NCBI GenBank assembly: GCA_025201805.1
Contig: MU619299.1
Span: 5,604-69,603, forward strand
Source of the DNA: Parasitella parasitica NRRL 2501
Lineage: Eukaryota; Fungi; Mucoromycota
Length of the DNA: 64,000 bases
Reading direction: 5' to 3'
The translations under genes were made by a program, and so were the position numbers. Positions 37,459 through 49,721 of the stretch are shown here, one piece after another. Below the pieces are notes generated by a model, which did not search any database, was not told where the DNA came from, and saw only the letters and a program-made list of their open reading frames with translations. Positions within the stretch are counted from its first letter, which is position 1. Every line of letters starts with the position of its first letter.

Positions 37459-39375
37459 TTATATAGACGATAAGGATCCATAGCCTTCTTGCGTGGGCGT
37501 CCACATTTCACTTGCAACATATTCCAGCAACTCCTTGTGGCTCAAGCGTTTCAAATCCTGCTCCCTTTGACAGAGCCCTTCCTTGATGGACTGTTCAATC
37601 ACAGCAGCAGCAACAATAGCAGAGACTTGGCGGATGCGCACCAGAGACGGATACAGCCAGCCTTGACTTGACTCCTCGGCTGTTAACGAATCTGCCAGTG
37701 CCTTTGAAGCACTGTATATCATGCCATCGGAAATCATGGTAGGTTTAGCCAACACACCAGCAAACCCTAACCCAGGGAAAATGTACATGTTGTTGCCTTG
37801 GCCGGGAATGCGGACTTCGCCAGTAGCTTGGATCGTGTAGCTAGGGAATGCTGTGCCTGACGCAAAGATGACTCGATTTTCTGTAGCCTCCATGGCTTCT
37901 GCAAATGTGCACTCGGCCTGTGTAGCAGGGTTGGACAACGGAAACACAATAGGCTGCTTGTTGATAGATGCTAGGCGCTGGAGAACCTGTGTGTTAAATG
38001 CGCCAGTGGTAGAGGATAAACCGATTAACCTATGGTGATTTGCGTGTGTCAGTTAGTATTGGACTGAACCCGCCCCCCACCACCACCTATGTTTTACAGA
38101 TACACAACTTACGCAGTAGGTTTGACATAGTTGACAATGTCAATCAACTCTTTATATTGCTCATTTTGATTGTCATTACGGGCAAAGTAGATTTTATGCT
38201 GAGCCAATCTATCGCCACGATCCATAGTAACAAGGCCCTGCAGTTTGTGTTGTTAGATACTGCCATGTATACATATATGCAAANNNNNNNNNNNNNNNAA
38301 AAAAAAAAAAAAAAAACCCTCCCCGTGCTGTACCTTGGAATCAACAATCCAGAATACACGTCTGGCCTCATCTTCCGCCATGCCAAACTCGGTCTGGAAA
38401 TAGTCTTGAATCTGTCGAGCAACACCAATAGCCGCAGAGCCAGCGCCATAAAACACAATGCGATGATCTCTAGGTAAGACACCGTTTTCATTTTGGACTT
38501 TGCGAATAGCATTGATGACTCCTGACAAAATAACTGCACCGGTGCCTTGGATATCGTCATTGAAGCAAACGAGTTTTTTTTGATATTTTTCCAAGAGGCC
38601 AAATGCATGCTCGCTGGACCAGTCTTCAAACTGGATGAGCAAGTCGGGATAGACGTCGTAGATTGTGCTTAAAACCGTGTCTACAATGGAATAGAACTCT
38701 TCATCGCTAGGACGCGGCTGGCGAAGGCCAATATAAAAGTCATCGCTGCGCAACTTTTCGTTGCTGGTACCCAAATCCAGGACAATAGGCAAAGTGCGAC
38801 GAGGATCAATACCAGCACCGGCCACATACAGTTGCAATTTGCCAATGCTAATGCCAATACCATTGCTGCCCAAATCACCCAAACCCAGAATACGGGAGCC
38901 ATCTGTAATGACAGCAATCTCAGGAGAAAAGTTGGGTACAGGTCTATAATTAGCAATCGTATCTTTGAGGTTTTTCAAATCTGTAGAGTCAATGTATAAC
39001 CCATCAGGTACACCGGGACCAGCTAAAAAGGGGTAGATGTTGGAATACTCAACACAGGCCGTACCGACAGTAGGGGTATAAATCACAGGAGCAAATTCTT
39101 GTAAATCGTCCATGATAATCTTGTAAAAGAGACGAGTGTTGGAGGATCTCAATTGTGCCAAAAAAATGTACTTTTCAAGCATGGTAGATTTTGATCTGAC
39201 ATGCTGTAATGCGCGGCGTCTTTGAATGTCCATAGTCTCAATAGCAGAAGGCAATAAACCTGTTAATCCCAATGCTTTGCGCTTTTGCTGCTCAATTGCT
39301 GTGCCTGTGCTTTGAGTGTTGAGACACTGTGCATATATCAAGCGCTCGGATTATTATGTTTACCTTCATTGTCAT
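37459..39375 (-). CDS. Malic enzyme (NAD(P)-dependent, decarboxylating)
   Basis: PVIYTPTVG, TDGSRILGLGDLG, IQFED, FNDDIQGTG, GAGSA, FPLSNP, GQGNNMYIFPG; N gap inside an intron. Confidence 0.95.
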
Positions 39376-40342
39376 ACCCAGAGATATATCGAAGAGTCTT
39401 TTGTTGCTTTTGAGATTGCGTGTCTGTATTAGGCGCAGTAGTATAAAATGAAGGTGCCATTTTGACGATACAAAATGTATATTATACAAAGAAGCTCTCT
39501 TTTTATATCAAACAGAGAATCGCGCTATAGTTCCAAAATATCTACGAATCAGATAACCAAGCTGCTTTGTATTTTCGGCTTATTCATGATTTCAAAGGTA
39601 ATTTGTGGGGAAAGAGATATCCCATTATTAATACGTACGACCCTGTTTTGCAGAGTTGACAGAAATAAGGGTATAATTTTTGAAAATCTCCTGGCTTGGT
39701 ATACCATACCTGAATATTGTGCAATATATCAATACAAACCTTGAAACTCAGTGGATCTCTTTAAATGTATAACAAGAATGGTTTTTGCGGGGAATTCTTG
39801 TATGTAATATGGAAAACGTTTGGGGGAAAATCTCACCAGAAGGTGGGAAATATACCCTTTTATGTATATTTGTGTTGATCAAGTCAGCTAATTTCAACGG
39901 TTAGAGGTAGGCATCTATAGTCTATTAGGTGCTCTAATTTATACGCCTTTCTTTTTTCATTTACTTGTTTGCTTCTTAATGGCTGGTTTATAACCCTGTT
40001 CATAGAGCATCTCGTATTTTGTCAGATGGCTCTCCCGCATTGGCTTTTTCGTTTGAGCAGTCTGTTCTGGATTTTTGCTGGAAAGAGTTTCCTCAATATC
40101 CATAAAGTTTATTAATGGAACATGTTTGTTGTATTAAGCCAGTCTTATTGCAGTTTCCAAAAACCCTCCTTTTCCCCTTATGGTAAAAAGTGCATTTAGA
40201 TAAAAAGAAGGGTATAATTTATGCTAAAGATCCACGTTATATGCCTCAGATCATGAATAGATGGGATTTTTCAAGCAAGAGCATAGACGAATACCTTCGT
40301 TTTCTTTTAAATTTTTTTATTTTATTTCAATTGGTTCTTTTA

Positions 40343-42147
40343 TCAATTCACCGCGTCTTCTTCTGCTTTGGATGACTCACGTAAAGCTGTCAAAAGAAGA
40401 TAGCACTCCTCTAAGATATCTACACATAAAGCTTGACCTGCAAGTATCGAAATATGATAATTACCACAAAAGTTGCTTTTTTTTTCCTCGCTTCATTTTA
40501 TAAATACCTTCAGGAATATGCCCTCTATCATCATAGAATTTACCATCCTTGCGCAGATTTTCGATACTTGTGAGTTTCATTTCATAGCTAATGCTCATAA
40601 TGTAAATAAACGGGAACAAAATAAGCAGCACAACTTACGGGTAGAGTTCTTCTGCAGAACAAGGAGCTCCAGTCTTCTTAACAGCCAGTAGACATTGGCG
40701 CACAGTTGTTAGTTGATTGTAGACTGGTGTTAGGGCTTCTGAAACAGGAACACTTTCACTCAAGAGGACAAAAATCATCCGATAACATTTGTTGAGCAAG
40801 AATTCAAGGATTGTTTGGCCTTCGGGCGCAGTTTTACCATCCTCATTCAAGAACTTGCCCAATAACGTAGGATCACCGACTTCTTCCTCGTTGTCATCAC
40901 TGTATTTCAACTTTACAATGTCATGAAGTTGGTGCTGGTAGGTGAATAAGTCTGTTTGACGTAGTGTCCATTTATGCGTTAATTCCAAGCGTTCCAACTG
41001 ATTCTTGATTTCAAGCAGACGCTCACGAATACTCTGAAGATTGGGAGAAAATCCTTCACTACAAGCAATAATGAGATCGTGAGACCAAAAGTAAAGCTGC
41101 TCCAAAAGGTTGACCAGGACAGCTTGACCAGCAGGAACATTTACCCCATCTTCTCCTAAAAATTTGCCATTCACTCGCATATTGTCAATAGCGCGGATCT
41201 TTTCTTGCAGAGGTTTGATATCATTGGGTGAGTAGTTGCTACGACAGCATACAGAAGCAAGATGGCGTCTAATACGTAGCATTTTGTCTCGGATGGGGAT
41301 ACTATTTAGAAGTTGTGAGTTTCAGTAATCATGTTTTTGCTATGTTACTGACAGTTCAGGCGCAACTTCGTGGATCGTGGCGATTAAGGCGTCGTAAATA
41401 TGGCCTTCAGTGAATTTGATATCATTAATAGCACATTTCTTCAATAAAATAGATTATTCAACTTACTGCATTGCATGTATTTGTACTTTAAAACTTGCAT
41501 GACAGAATCCGGCAAAGCATGGCTTTTGTCATCAACATATAGAATCTTGTTGATTTCATCTAACTTGACTTTGTAGGGCTTCAAATACTCTTCTTCATAT
41601 ACACCAAATTCTTCTAAACGATCAAAGATGTGCTACGTATAACAAGTCGCTCAACAAAATGAACCTTTATGCGTTACGCAATATATATATATATATATAT
41701 ATATATACGCACCTTGATTGCCACTACTTGAGAATACACAGCAGGACCTGAAGCAATAAGAGGATTATCAGTATGTATCATTATTGCTTTTCTATAAGAT
41801 CATCTTACTTTCTCGCTTTTTACCCAATGAAAGAAAGCACAAACTAAGCATTTGCAGTACTTCGTCTAATACATCATCCGCTCTGTTCAATACACGATTT
41901 TTGTCCAAAAGTCTGCCACCTCGAATGTCGCTTAGAATCTTCATTTCAGCTTCGGTCTCGAGACGTAAAGGCATGATATCTTCCATTTTAAGGTAGCTTG
42001 AACGATTACGTTTGGCAGCTGATAGTTTTGCTCGGATAGCTATTAATCTGTCAAGTGAGGCTAATTCTGAATACATGGTTAATGCTGGTAATTGCATACA
42101 TTGACAGACGTCTACTCTATACCTTCTGCAGGAACTTTGTGAGGCAT
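40343..42147 (-). CDS. DUF2408 / yeast YPL260W (Cub1)-like protein
   Basis: Repeated 'R.NGKF....P.GQ' units, WTLRQTDLFTYQ, SESVPVSEALTPVYNQLTTVRQCL, ELYP-YEMKL. Confidence 0.7.
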
Positions 42148-42887
42148 TTCTCGGTTGAATTTTAGATTGTGTGGAGAATGAATGAAAGAATAGTGTCTGA
42201 TGATAATTTCAAAGAAGCAGTTGGTGTGATATATATCTTCCGTGTCCTACCGAAAAAGACTGCTAGGCTGTGTGACATTGTGTCTCATGTTTTTGGGAGC
42301 AAAAGGCCAATTAAAGCTATTGGGTTCATTGTTCATTGTTAGCACAGGGCGCGCTGATGAAGAATAGATATAGCTTTAAACATAAGTGTTTCTTTATGTT
42401 TAAAAAAAAACTCTTTATACAAGTGCTTAAAGATAGCTGATTGATTCAACATCGCAGCAGATCAATCTAAATCGCTTTTTTTAAGAAACAATGCGAACTC
42501 TACTACTATGTTATACGGTATATAGTGATCCAATACACATGTCATGGCTCAAGCATGTCTTTTTCATTAAAATCTTTCATACCTTTATTATATTTTAAAA
42601 TTAATTACTTGGCGTATTATCTACGTGCAAAAGGATTTCTCAAACAGAAGATACTTACTTTCACAATTAATATATTCTAGAAAACACATCTGTTGTATTC
42701 ACATTTTGTCAACTGGATTCCTAAAATTTTTATTTTTTCCGAGACGTAAATTACTCAATGAACCAATAATTTATTTCAAGTGTACAAAATTTCAAAATAT
42801 ATTAAAGTGGGATTTTTTGATTCTAATAATTATAAATCTGATGAAAAAAAAAAACTCTCGATCTAAAGCGAGTAAGTTTTGTTACAA

Positions 42888-44201
42888 TTATACAATTATA
42901 AAAAGACCAAAAAGGGCAGCTATAAAGAGAGGGCCATTGAAAGTATTAGAACTACCAGAACTGGTGGCAGCAACAGATGAGGTACCAGTAGTACCAGAAG
43001 CAATAGCGCCTGGTGAGACAGAACTGCTGTTGGAAGAAGAGGAGGTACCAACAAATTGCTCAAACGTGGGGAAAGTAACCGAAGTCTCAGCATAGGGTGT
43101 AGTAATGTTCATGCACGTGGCAACATCCAAGACATGGGAGTAAGCTTTCTTGATAGCAGGGTAGTGTTTCATGAAGAAATCCATAGTTTGGTTGTTAATT
43201 TCGTGGGATAAGACAATGTTACCGCTGTTGGCAAAAGTTCCATTGGAGCCCATGTTGATGTAATCTTGGTAGAGGTTATCGACGGTCTCAGTAGTTATAC
43301 CAGCTTGAACATTGGCAGCCCAATCGAAAGTATCCAAGTTCCAGATGATAGCGGTCAAGTCCAATTGAGTTGCGATCCAACGGACACGATCATCCAAATC
43401 ACCCAAAGCCTAAACGTTAAATATTAGTTAAAATGACACTGAAAAATGAAAAGGGGGGAAACTTACAGGACGCCAGTGCTTGGGGGTGATACCAGTGACA
43501 TGCTTGATAGCCTTTTGAGTATAGTAAAGTTCAGCAAGGACTTCTTGGTTAGTTAAGGTTGTCATCATCTTGTGAGACCAAGTGTGGCCAGCAAGATGAT
43601 GTCCATCCTTAACACCACGGAGGGCACCATAAGGCCAGTTAACGACATTGGAACCAATATAGAACATGGTTGCCTTTTGCTTTTCTTGTTCCAAGAAATC
43701 ATAAAAGGCATTATGAGAACAATTGGGTCCATCATCGAAGGTCAATCCCCAGACATCGGGCTCGGGACAAGCGTAAAGATCAGCATTGATACCTTCAACT
43801 TTGGGAGTCTTACAGGTAGAGCTGGACCACCAGCAGGCAGGGTCATTTGCGCTGTCATAGCCGGTCATATCAAGACCACCAGCAGCAGTGAGAGTTCTGG
43901 GAGGAAAATTAGGGACCTTGGTCCAATCAATTGAATTATATAAAGCTGTGAATTCAGCAGATGTATTCATGCCATTTGAGGTAGCAATGTCCCAAACAGT
44001 AGGCCATTCACTAGGATTGATTGAGTAAGGTGAGTTGTAGTAAACGCATTGTTGAGCAGGATCAGTAGATGTCACTTGAGGGATATCAGGAAGAGTGATT
44101 TGAGTAGGATCAGTAGAACTGGTGTAATTAGTGGTAACTGCGTTGACAGAAGCTAAAGTGGCAGCGGCGGCAGCTGAAATGAAGGCAACTTTCCAAACCA
44201 T
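42888..44201 (-). CDS. Chitin deacetylase (CE4), secreted and probably GPI-anchored
   Basis: Signal peptide, CWW, LTFDDGP, GHTWSH, HWRP, IVLSHE, Ser/Thr-rich tail with hydrophobic C-terminus. Confidence 0.93.
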
Positions 44202-44996
44202 TTTATTTCAAATGCTTATGTTGTAGGTATTAATCAAAAAGAAATGAAGAGATGTGAATAAATACTAAAAAAAAAAAAAAAAAAAAAATAGAATAGAATC
44301 TGTAGAAAAACTGCGGATAAAGAAATATTAGTTATTTTTATTAATAAAGAAACCCAATAATGGCATATACAAAAGCGCACAAAGAACATGGAGTTTCAAT
44401 GATAAGAAATGATACAAGCGACATTTCGAAGCAGTAATGTTACACTTTTGATTTGATCTGGGCCTGCCAATATATTACAAAAGTAACATTATTATCCAAA
44501 TTTAGGGCACAGTTTTACTTTACGAAGTGCATCCCCCCCCCCCTAAACAAATAAAATGTATAAATTTGTCGTTGGGTGATTCAACGAGATAAATTTGTTA
44601 AAAATAGCTGTTTCATTTTTCAATTCAATCAACGAGCTTGATGGACAAAATAACAAAATAAAATGTTTACAGAATATGAATGTCTGTGTCAAATCGAGCC
44701 AACACGAAAAGCATACCTTTTTACTGAGAATGCAACACAGGTAGATCCCATTTTATCATTTTGTTCAGGACAATGTATTCCATGAAAGCATATTATAGAA
44801 GCAAAATTTGTTCAAATGTAAGGAATACAAGATAGTTCCAGACCAATTAGGAAATCTCGACGGAGGAAAATATCTATTTGCAGCAGAAGATCCTGCAGCA
44901 CACCGTTTTTAAACTGCAGTTCGTACAATAATGATATGTGTGTGAGTAGAGCAAGTAAAAAAGCAAATTTTGCTGATCGTCCGGGAAAAAATATTT

Positions 44997-45567
44997 ACCG
45001 TCAATTGGTCGTTATAAATTTCAATTGGTCAATTATTTGAAGCTCAATCGGTCACTTTACAATGCGTTTGTTTTTTTTGAGACGTAGGAAATTGATTTTT
45101 TTACATTCATTATCTTTTAAATAAGATGTAGGCTGAAGACGTCTCTACACAGTAACTTTAAAACCAGATAAAGATACGGCTCACTGTCAGACATGAACAC
45201 TCGGATCTTTAGAAGAGGGAGCTTCTGTGGACAACTAGTAGAGGGTAAAGAAACAAGACCGACAAAGGGGTCTTCAGTCTTTTGTTGTTTGTTCCCAACA
45301 GAAGAAGAAAAAATCCTTCACAGAATGAGGAAGAGCCCAGTTAAAAAAAAATATAGTAACATTCTCTTCTGAAATTTGTAATTATTCTAAATACTACGCG
45401 CACGCCAATCAATCTTTTAATTTGACGTCACTAAAATTTTTTGGCGTGTAATTTTGGCGCGCGCCTATTCTCATCCTTTTAAGTTGATCAATTGGGATTC
45501 AGAAAAGCGATCAATTGAGCTTCAAAAAATTGACCAATTGAAATTTAAAAAGCGACCAATTGACGGT
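44997..45567. mobile_element. MITE-like element with ~60 bp imperfect TIRs
   Basis: ACCGTCAATTGGTCG..AAATTTCAATTGGTCAATT.TTTGAAGCTCAAT from 44997 is the reverse complement of about 45513-45567; interior is non-coding; TA at 45569-45570. Confidence 0.78.
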
Positions 45568-45980
45568 GTAAAATTTCTGTTCCGTTTGGTGTGTTTTATT
45601 ATTGAGCGAGAATGGTTTTAGAAATGTAACATTCGCCTTGTGCTTTATATCATGAAGCAAGAATCTTGTGCCCCCTAACACCAAATTGATGAAGAATAAT
45701 AAAAAGTGATACCAAAAATTAGAGTTTATAATGACGATGAAGCCGTGGATTGTATAAAAAAAAAAAAAAAAATGGAGAAATCGTTTAAAATAGTAAAGCA
45801 TGAGATAGTCAAAATGCATGTACATAATAAGATTAGACAAACGACAATATCAATACCTCCTGAAAATAGAAAAAGACCGAAAAGCAGAAAAACAGAGAGT
45901 CAAGACATGACTCGCCGTAGTCTCTCATGAAATGTATTAGTATAGCTTTCCCATTATGATTATAAGCTTATTGATTAGTT

Positions 45981-46565
45981 TTATTTAACAATTTCGTTAA
46001 TATTGAGCATATGAGGTTGGTATTCAGATATTATTAGTGGATTTGCACCGCAACATGAACAATACTTTTTCTTTTTTTGGACACAGGCATTGCAATTGGC
46101 ACACCAACCTTTGTCTAAAAATGCTAGTGGATCAGGTTGTGGTGTCCAACCAGTTCTAAATATCCATTGATTACTACTAGTTGCACTCGACACTATATAA
46201 CCATGTCGAAGACGTTAATGCCGGTTTTTGATCCGAAGCAGCATTGAAGACATACCTGATATACTCTTATGATACTCAGACGGCACGATCCACGGTTGCT
46301 GTGGGCCATCCGCTATTGTCATTGAGTCTCTGGTGGAAGGGGAAGAGTTACTGTCATAACAGCAAGGCTTTTCCTTATCATGCATTGAAACTGCTACGGT
46401 AGTTGATGAGGAATTACTATTGCTTTTGAAGGTAGTTTTCTTGCGATCATTTTGATAATAACATGGCATTAGAATAGATTTTATAATACGATTCATCTTT
46501 TTTATAAGTGATTTCTTGTTTTTTCCTGTTGACAAGTATGTCGTTTGGCTTGTCGAATTAGACAT
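45981..46565 (-). CDS. Small hypothetical protein with C-terminal Cys cluster (2 exons)
   Basis: ORFs 46215-46643 and 45981-46193 join through a GTATGT..TAG intron; ends WCANCNAC..YCSCCG (possible zinc ribbon). Confidence 0.5.
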
Positions 46566-47879
46566 TGCTGGCTTTCTGCATCGCGAGCAACACTCATTGT
46601 TATAGTATCGAGCGTCTGTTTGATATTGTGTTAGTACTAGCACCTCACAATGAACACAATTTTCTTTTTATAGCACATGCACTACATACAAACCTTTATC
46701 TTCGAAAACCATGATATTTTATATGTACCTTTGAGCAAACAAAAAGGATGAAAGAATATGGATGACAACTTGGCGTTGAAACTTTTATATGTGTATAATA
46801 TTTGGGGGGTTCCCCGGTTGAACCACGTTTTTAACTTTTTTTTTGTCAATAAAGAGAAAAAATCTTTAATGGACAGCAATTGAAGCAAATTATAAGAAAA
46901 GGGGAAGAGAAATGAAAGAAGGAGTTTCGTAAGGGTGATGATAACCAAAAGAACTTTCGCCTCCTTGAAACTGTTTGGCTTTTTGGTTTGTAATCCTTTG
47001 CTCTCATTATCTCTAACTTCTATATACATCTCAGGGCTGTGAATCCGTTGATGCGGTCTAGGTGTGTCCCACTGTTGGAAAAAATATGTATCACAAGAGA
47101 AATAGTAGCACAAGCTATATATATATAGTTGCCTTATATAGCGAATCGCTAATATAAACAATGGAATAAGAATTCTGTATTATAGACACAATGAGCCGAG
47201 ATGATATACTCTTGGGGTATCAAATGCGAATTCAAAAGATGACTATTCGAAACGTGGCATACAAACATGGCTATAAATGACACATGAGAATTGCGGTTCT
47301 TGTGCGAGAAAATATCTTGCTCATTCACCAGATTAATGTACGCTTGTATTCTTCTCCTTGAACCTCTTTTACATTAAAGGGTTTCAGGGCTATATCCTGT
47401 TGAAATTGGTACAATTTGTGAATGATGTCAAGTCTGAGGCATCTAGCGTTACTTTTTGGCTAATAAAGCGTTTATTAGAAGGTTTGCTAACATTTTTATC
47501 GCAATGATTAAGGCTGTATAATAATAATTCAAGATTTAGTATCTAGGATTTGGATATTGATCCTGACTTTATTTTTTTTAATTACATAATATCTAAGGTA
47601 CACAGCTAACTGGAGAAAATTTCTCTTTAACTACACGTTTTCCGACGTCATATGATGCTTTGCAAATCTTACACCTCGGACGCATTTTTTTTTTAAGATG
47701 GGTAGGGGAGAATTGTTGACGAGGAAGGGAGCGATGTAATAAAATGGGAAGAAGAAGTTCACCCACTTCACCTAGAAACGTTAAGCCGCCTAAGACTTTA
47801 TTGTGGAAAGCAGGGCCCAGAGCAAAACTCGGTTGATAAAGCTTTAGGTGCTGAATACGAAGAAGCTGCAAGAGTAGTA

Positions 47880-48182
47880 AAAACGCAGAAAAAGCATCAC
47901 AATGGCTACTCCAGCGAACAAAAACTTCCTTTTGTCTATTATAATAGGGTAAACCTATTCGATGCTGCTAAATCTGGTAGATTAGCTGAAAGAATTGCTG
48001 AATGAACAGCACAGAAATGGGCCAAGAGACTCAAAAAAGACAAAAATTGGAACATCTTGGAAAATCAAACTAACAAAGTCAATAGGCCAAAGGCGCAGCT
48101 TGATGAAAGACATAAGATTCATCTACTCAACTTTTATGATGATAACCCTCAAGCCAAGATTGTTGATGTAGTTGCTTCGCTC
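47880..48182 (+). pseudogene. Fragment of a Tc1-like transposase N-terminal HTH region
   Basis: Translates as YSSEQKL.FVYYNRVNLFDAAKSGRLA.RIAE*TAQKWAKRLK.DKNWNI..RPKAQLDERHKIHLLNFYDDNPQA with an internal stop and no DDE domain; resembles Mucorales transposase N-termini (recognition from memory). Confidence 0.6.
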
Positions 48183-48457
48183 ATTTCTGTTTCATGCATT
48201 TTGACACTGGTACTGTAACCATTAGTTATATATAGGCAGGTCCGGTAGATGATTTTTAGTTGAGCCTAAAACATCGACACCATTCAATGCTTACAAGATA
48301 GCTTGTTCACCTGTCAAACCACCTGTGACAATTGCAATCTTTCGATCAATTTTATTTGGTAATCTAGCATAGGCAGCAACTTGATGTTACCCCAACAAAG
48401 CTCTCTTTATAGTTTCTTGGCCAGGGAGCTGCTAGATCCAAAAATCAAAACTTTCAT
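48183..48457 (-). pseudogene. Decayed NAD(P)-binding Rossmann (flavin reductase/NmrA-like) gene
   Basis: MKVLIFGSSSSLAKKL*..HQVAAYARLPNKI..IVTGGLTGEQAIL*ALNGVD..ITNGY, with stops and frameshifts. Confidence 0.55.
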
Positions 48458-49096
48458 TTTGTAACGTTAAAGTATAATTATATATTGGGTAAAGAGAAGT
48501 AGTTGGATGGTGGGCATAGCTTTTATGTGTAAAGCAAAAATGAGACTAGACTACAAATAATCCCCATTACTGGCTCATATTGTAAGATTCTGTGCGCAAT
48601 GGAGAGTCTGTTGTGCTTATCATTATCTATTGATATTATACCGCATAAATTTACATGAGTCAAATGCGCAAAAATTAATACAGTGGAATAAACGGGTTGA
48701 AGGTGAAAACCATATTTCATTATACCTATTGGTATTACGCACTGTCTAGAGGATCTCCTATTCTAGTTTATAACGCTGCTGGAAGGAGAATTTGTATAGA
48801 ATTCTCTTTCATTGACAACATTTTGCAATGGCCAGCACTACTTTTCATACAAGTCAATGTTATCTTTGAAGGATCTTGCGTTGAAAAGTTATATCCCAGG
48901 CGATACCATTAAGCCCTCGTGAATGTCTCTTTGTCATTAACAACCTACATAGCAACAGCGACTTTTCCTTCGAACAAGAACTGTATTATGGACTACATTA
49001 CATGTGTAAAATTTGCAACCATGTTTACTTGATTGAATGAAATAAAAGAATATGTATCATATGAACCTATGCTGTTGTAGAACCAAAGTACTTCAG

Positions 49097-49590
49097 TTCT
49101 GATCAAGAGGTACTAGCAAGAATACATTTCGAATTCAAAATCGACTTGGACAAGGCGAAAAAGATAGGCATTTCTTTAACTTCGATAAGTTTAAGAAGAA
49201 CATGTCGCTTCTACTACATGTCATGCGCTTCCAGCAGAAGGTTGTAACCCAGCGACGCTGCATACTATCTATTGCCTCACTTAGGCATTCTATAACCCCA
49301 GCAACGCTGCATATAGAACCCTTTGACTTGAAGTAGAATCAAGGTAATTCATTTCTGATCAAGAGGTACCAGCAAGAGCACATTTTGAATTCAAAATCGA
49401 GTTAGACAAGGCGACCAAAGACAGATATTTCTTTACCTTTGATAAGTTCAAGAAGAGCATGTCGCTTCTACTACATGTCATGCGCTTCCAGCAGAAGATT
49501 GTAACCCAGCGACGCTGCATACTATCTACTGCCTCACTTAGGCATCCTATAACCCCAGTAACGCTGCATATAGAACCCTTTGACTTGAAG
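49097..49590. repeat. Two-copy direct tandem repeat, ~257 bp period
   Basis: 49097-49333 and 49353-49590 align end to end with scattered substitutions and one indel. Confidence 0.92.
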
Positions 49591-49721
49591 AAAGCTTGTT
49601 TCTGAGGGAAGAGAATAATGTATTAAAAATTACAAAAACAAGCAATAATTGACTGATGATGTCAGCATAGATTTATCAAAATGTGAACGCGGACGAATAG
49701 GCAAACCAACTTTTCAAACCA

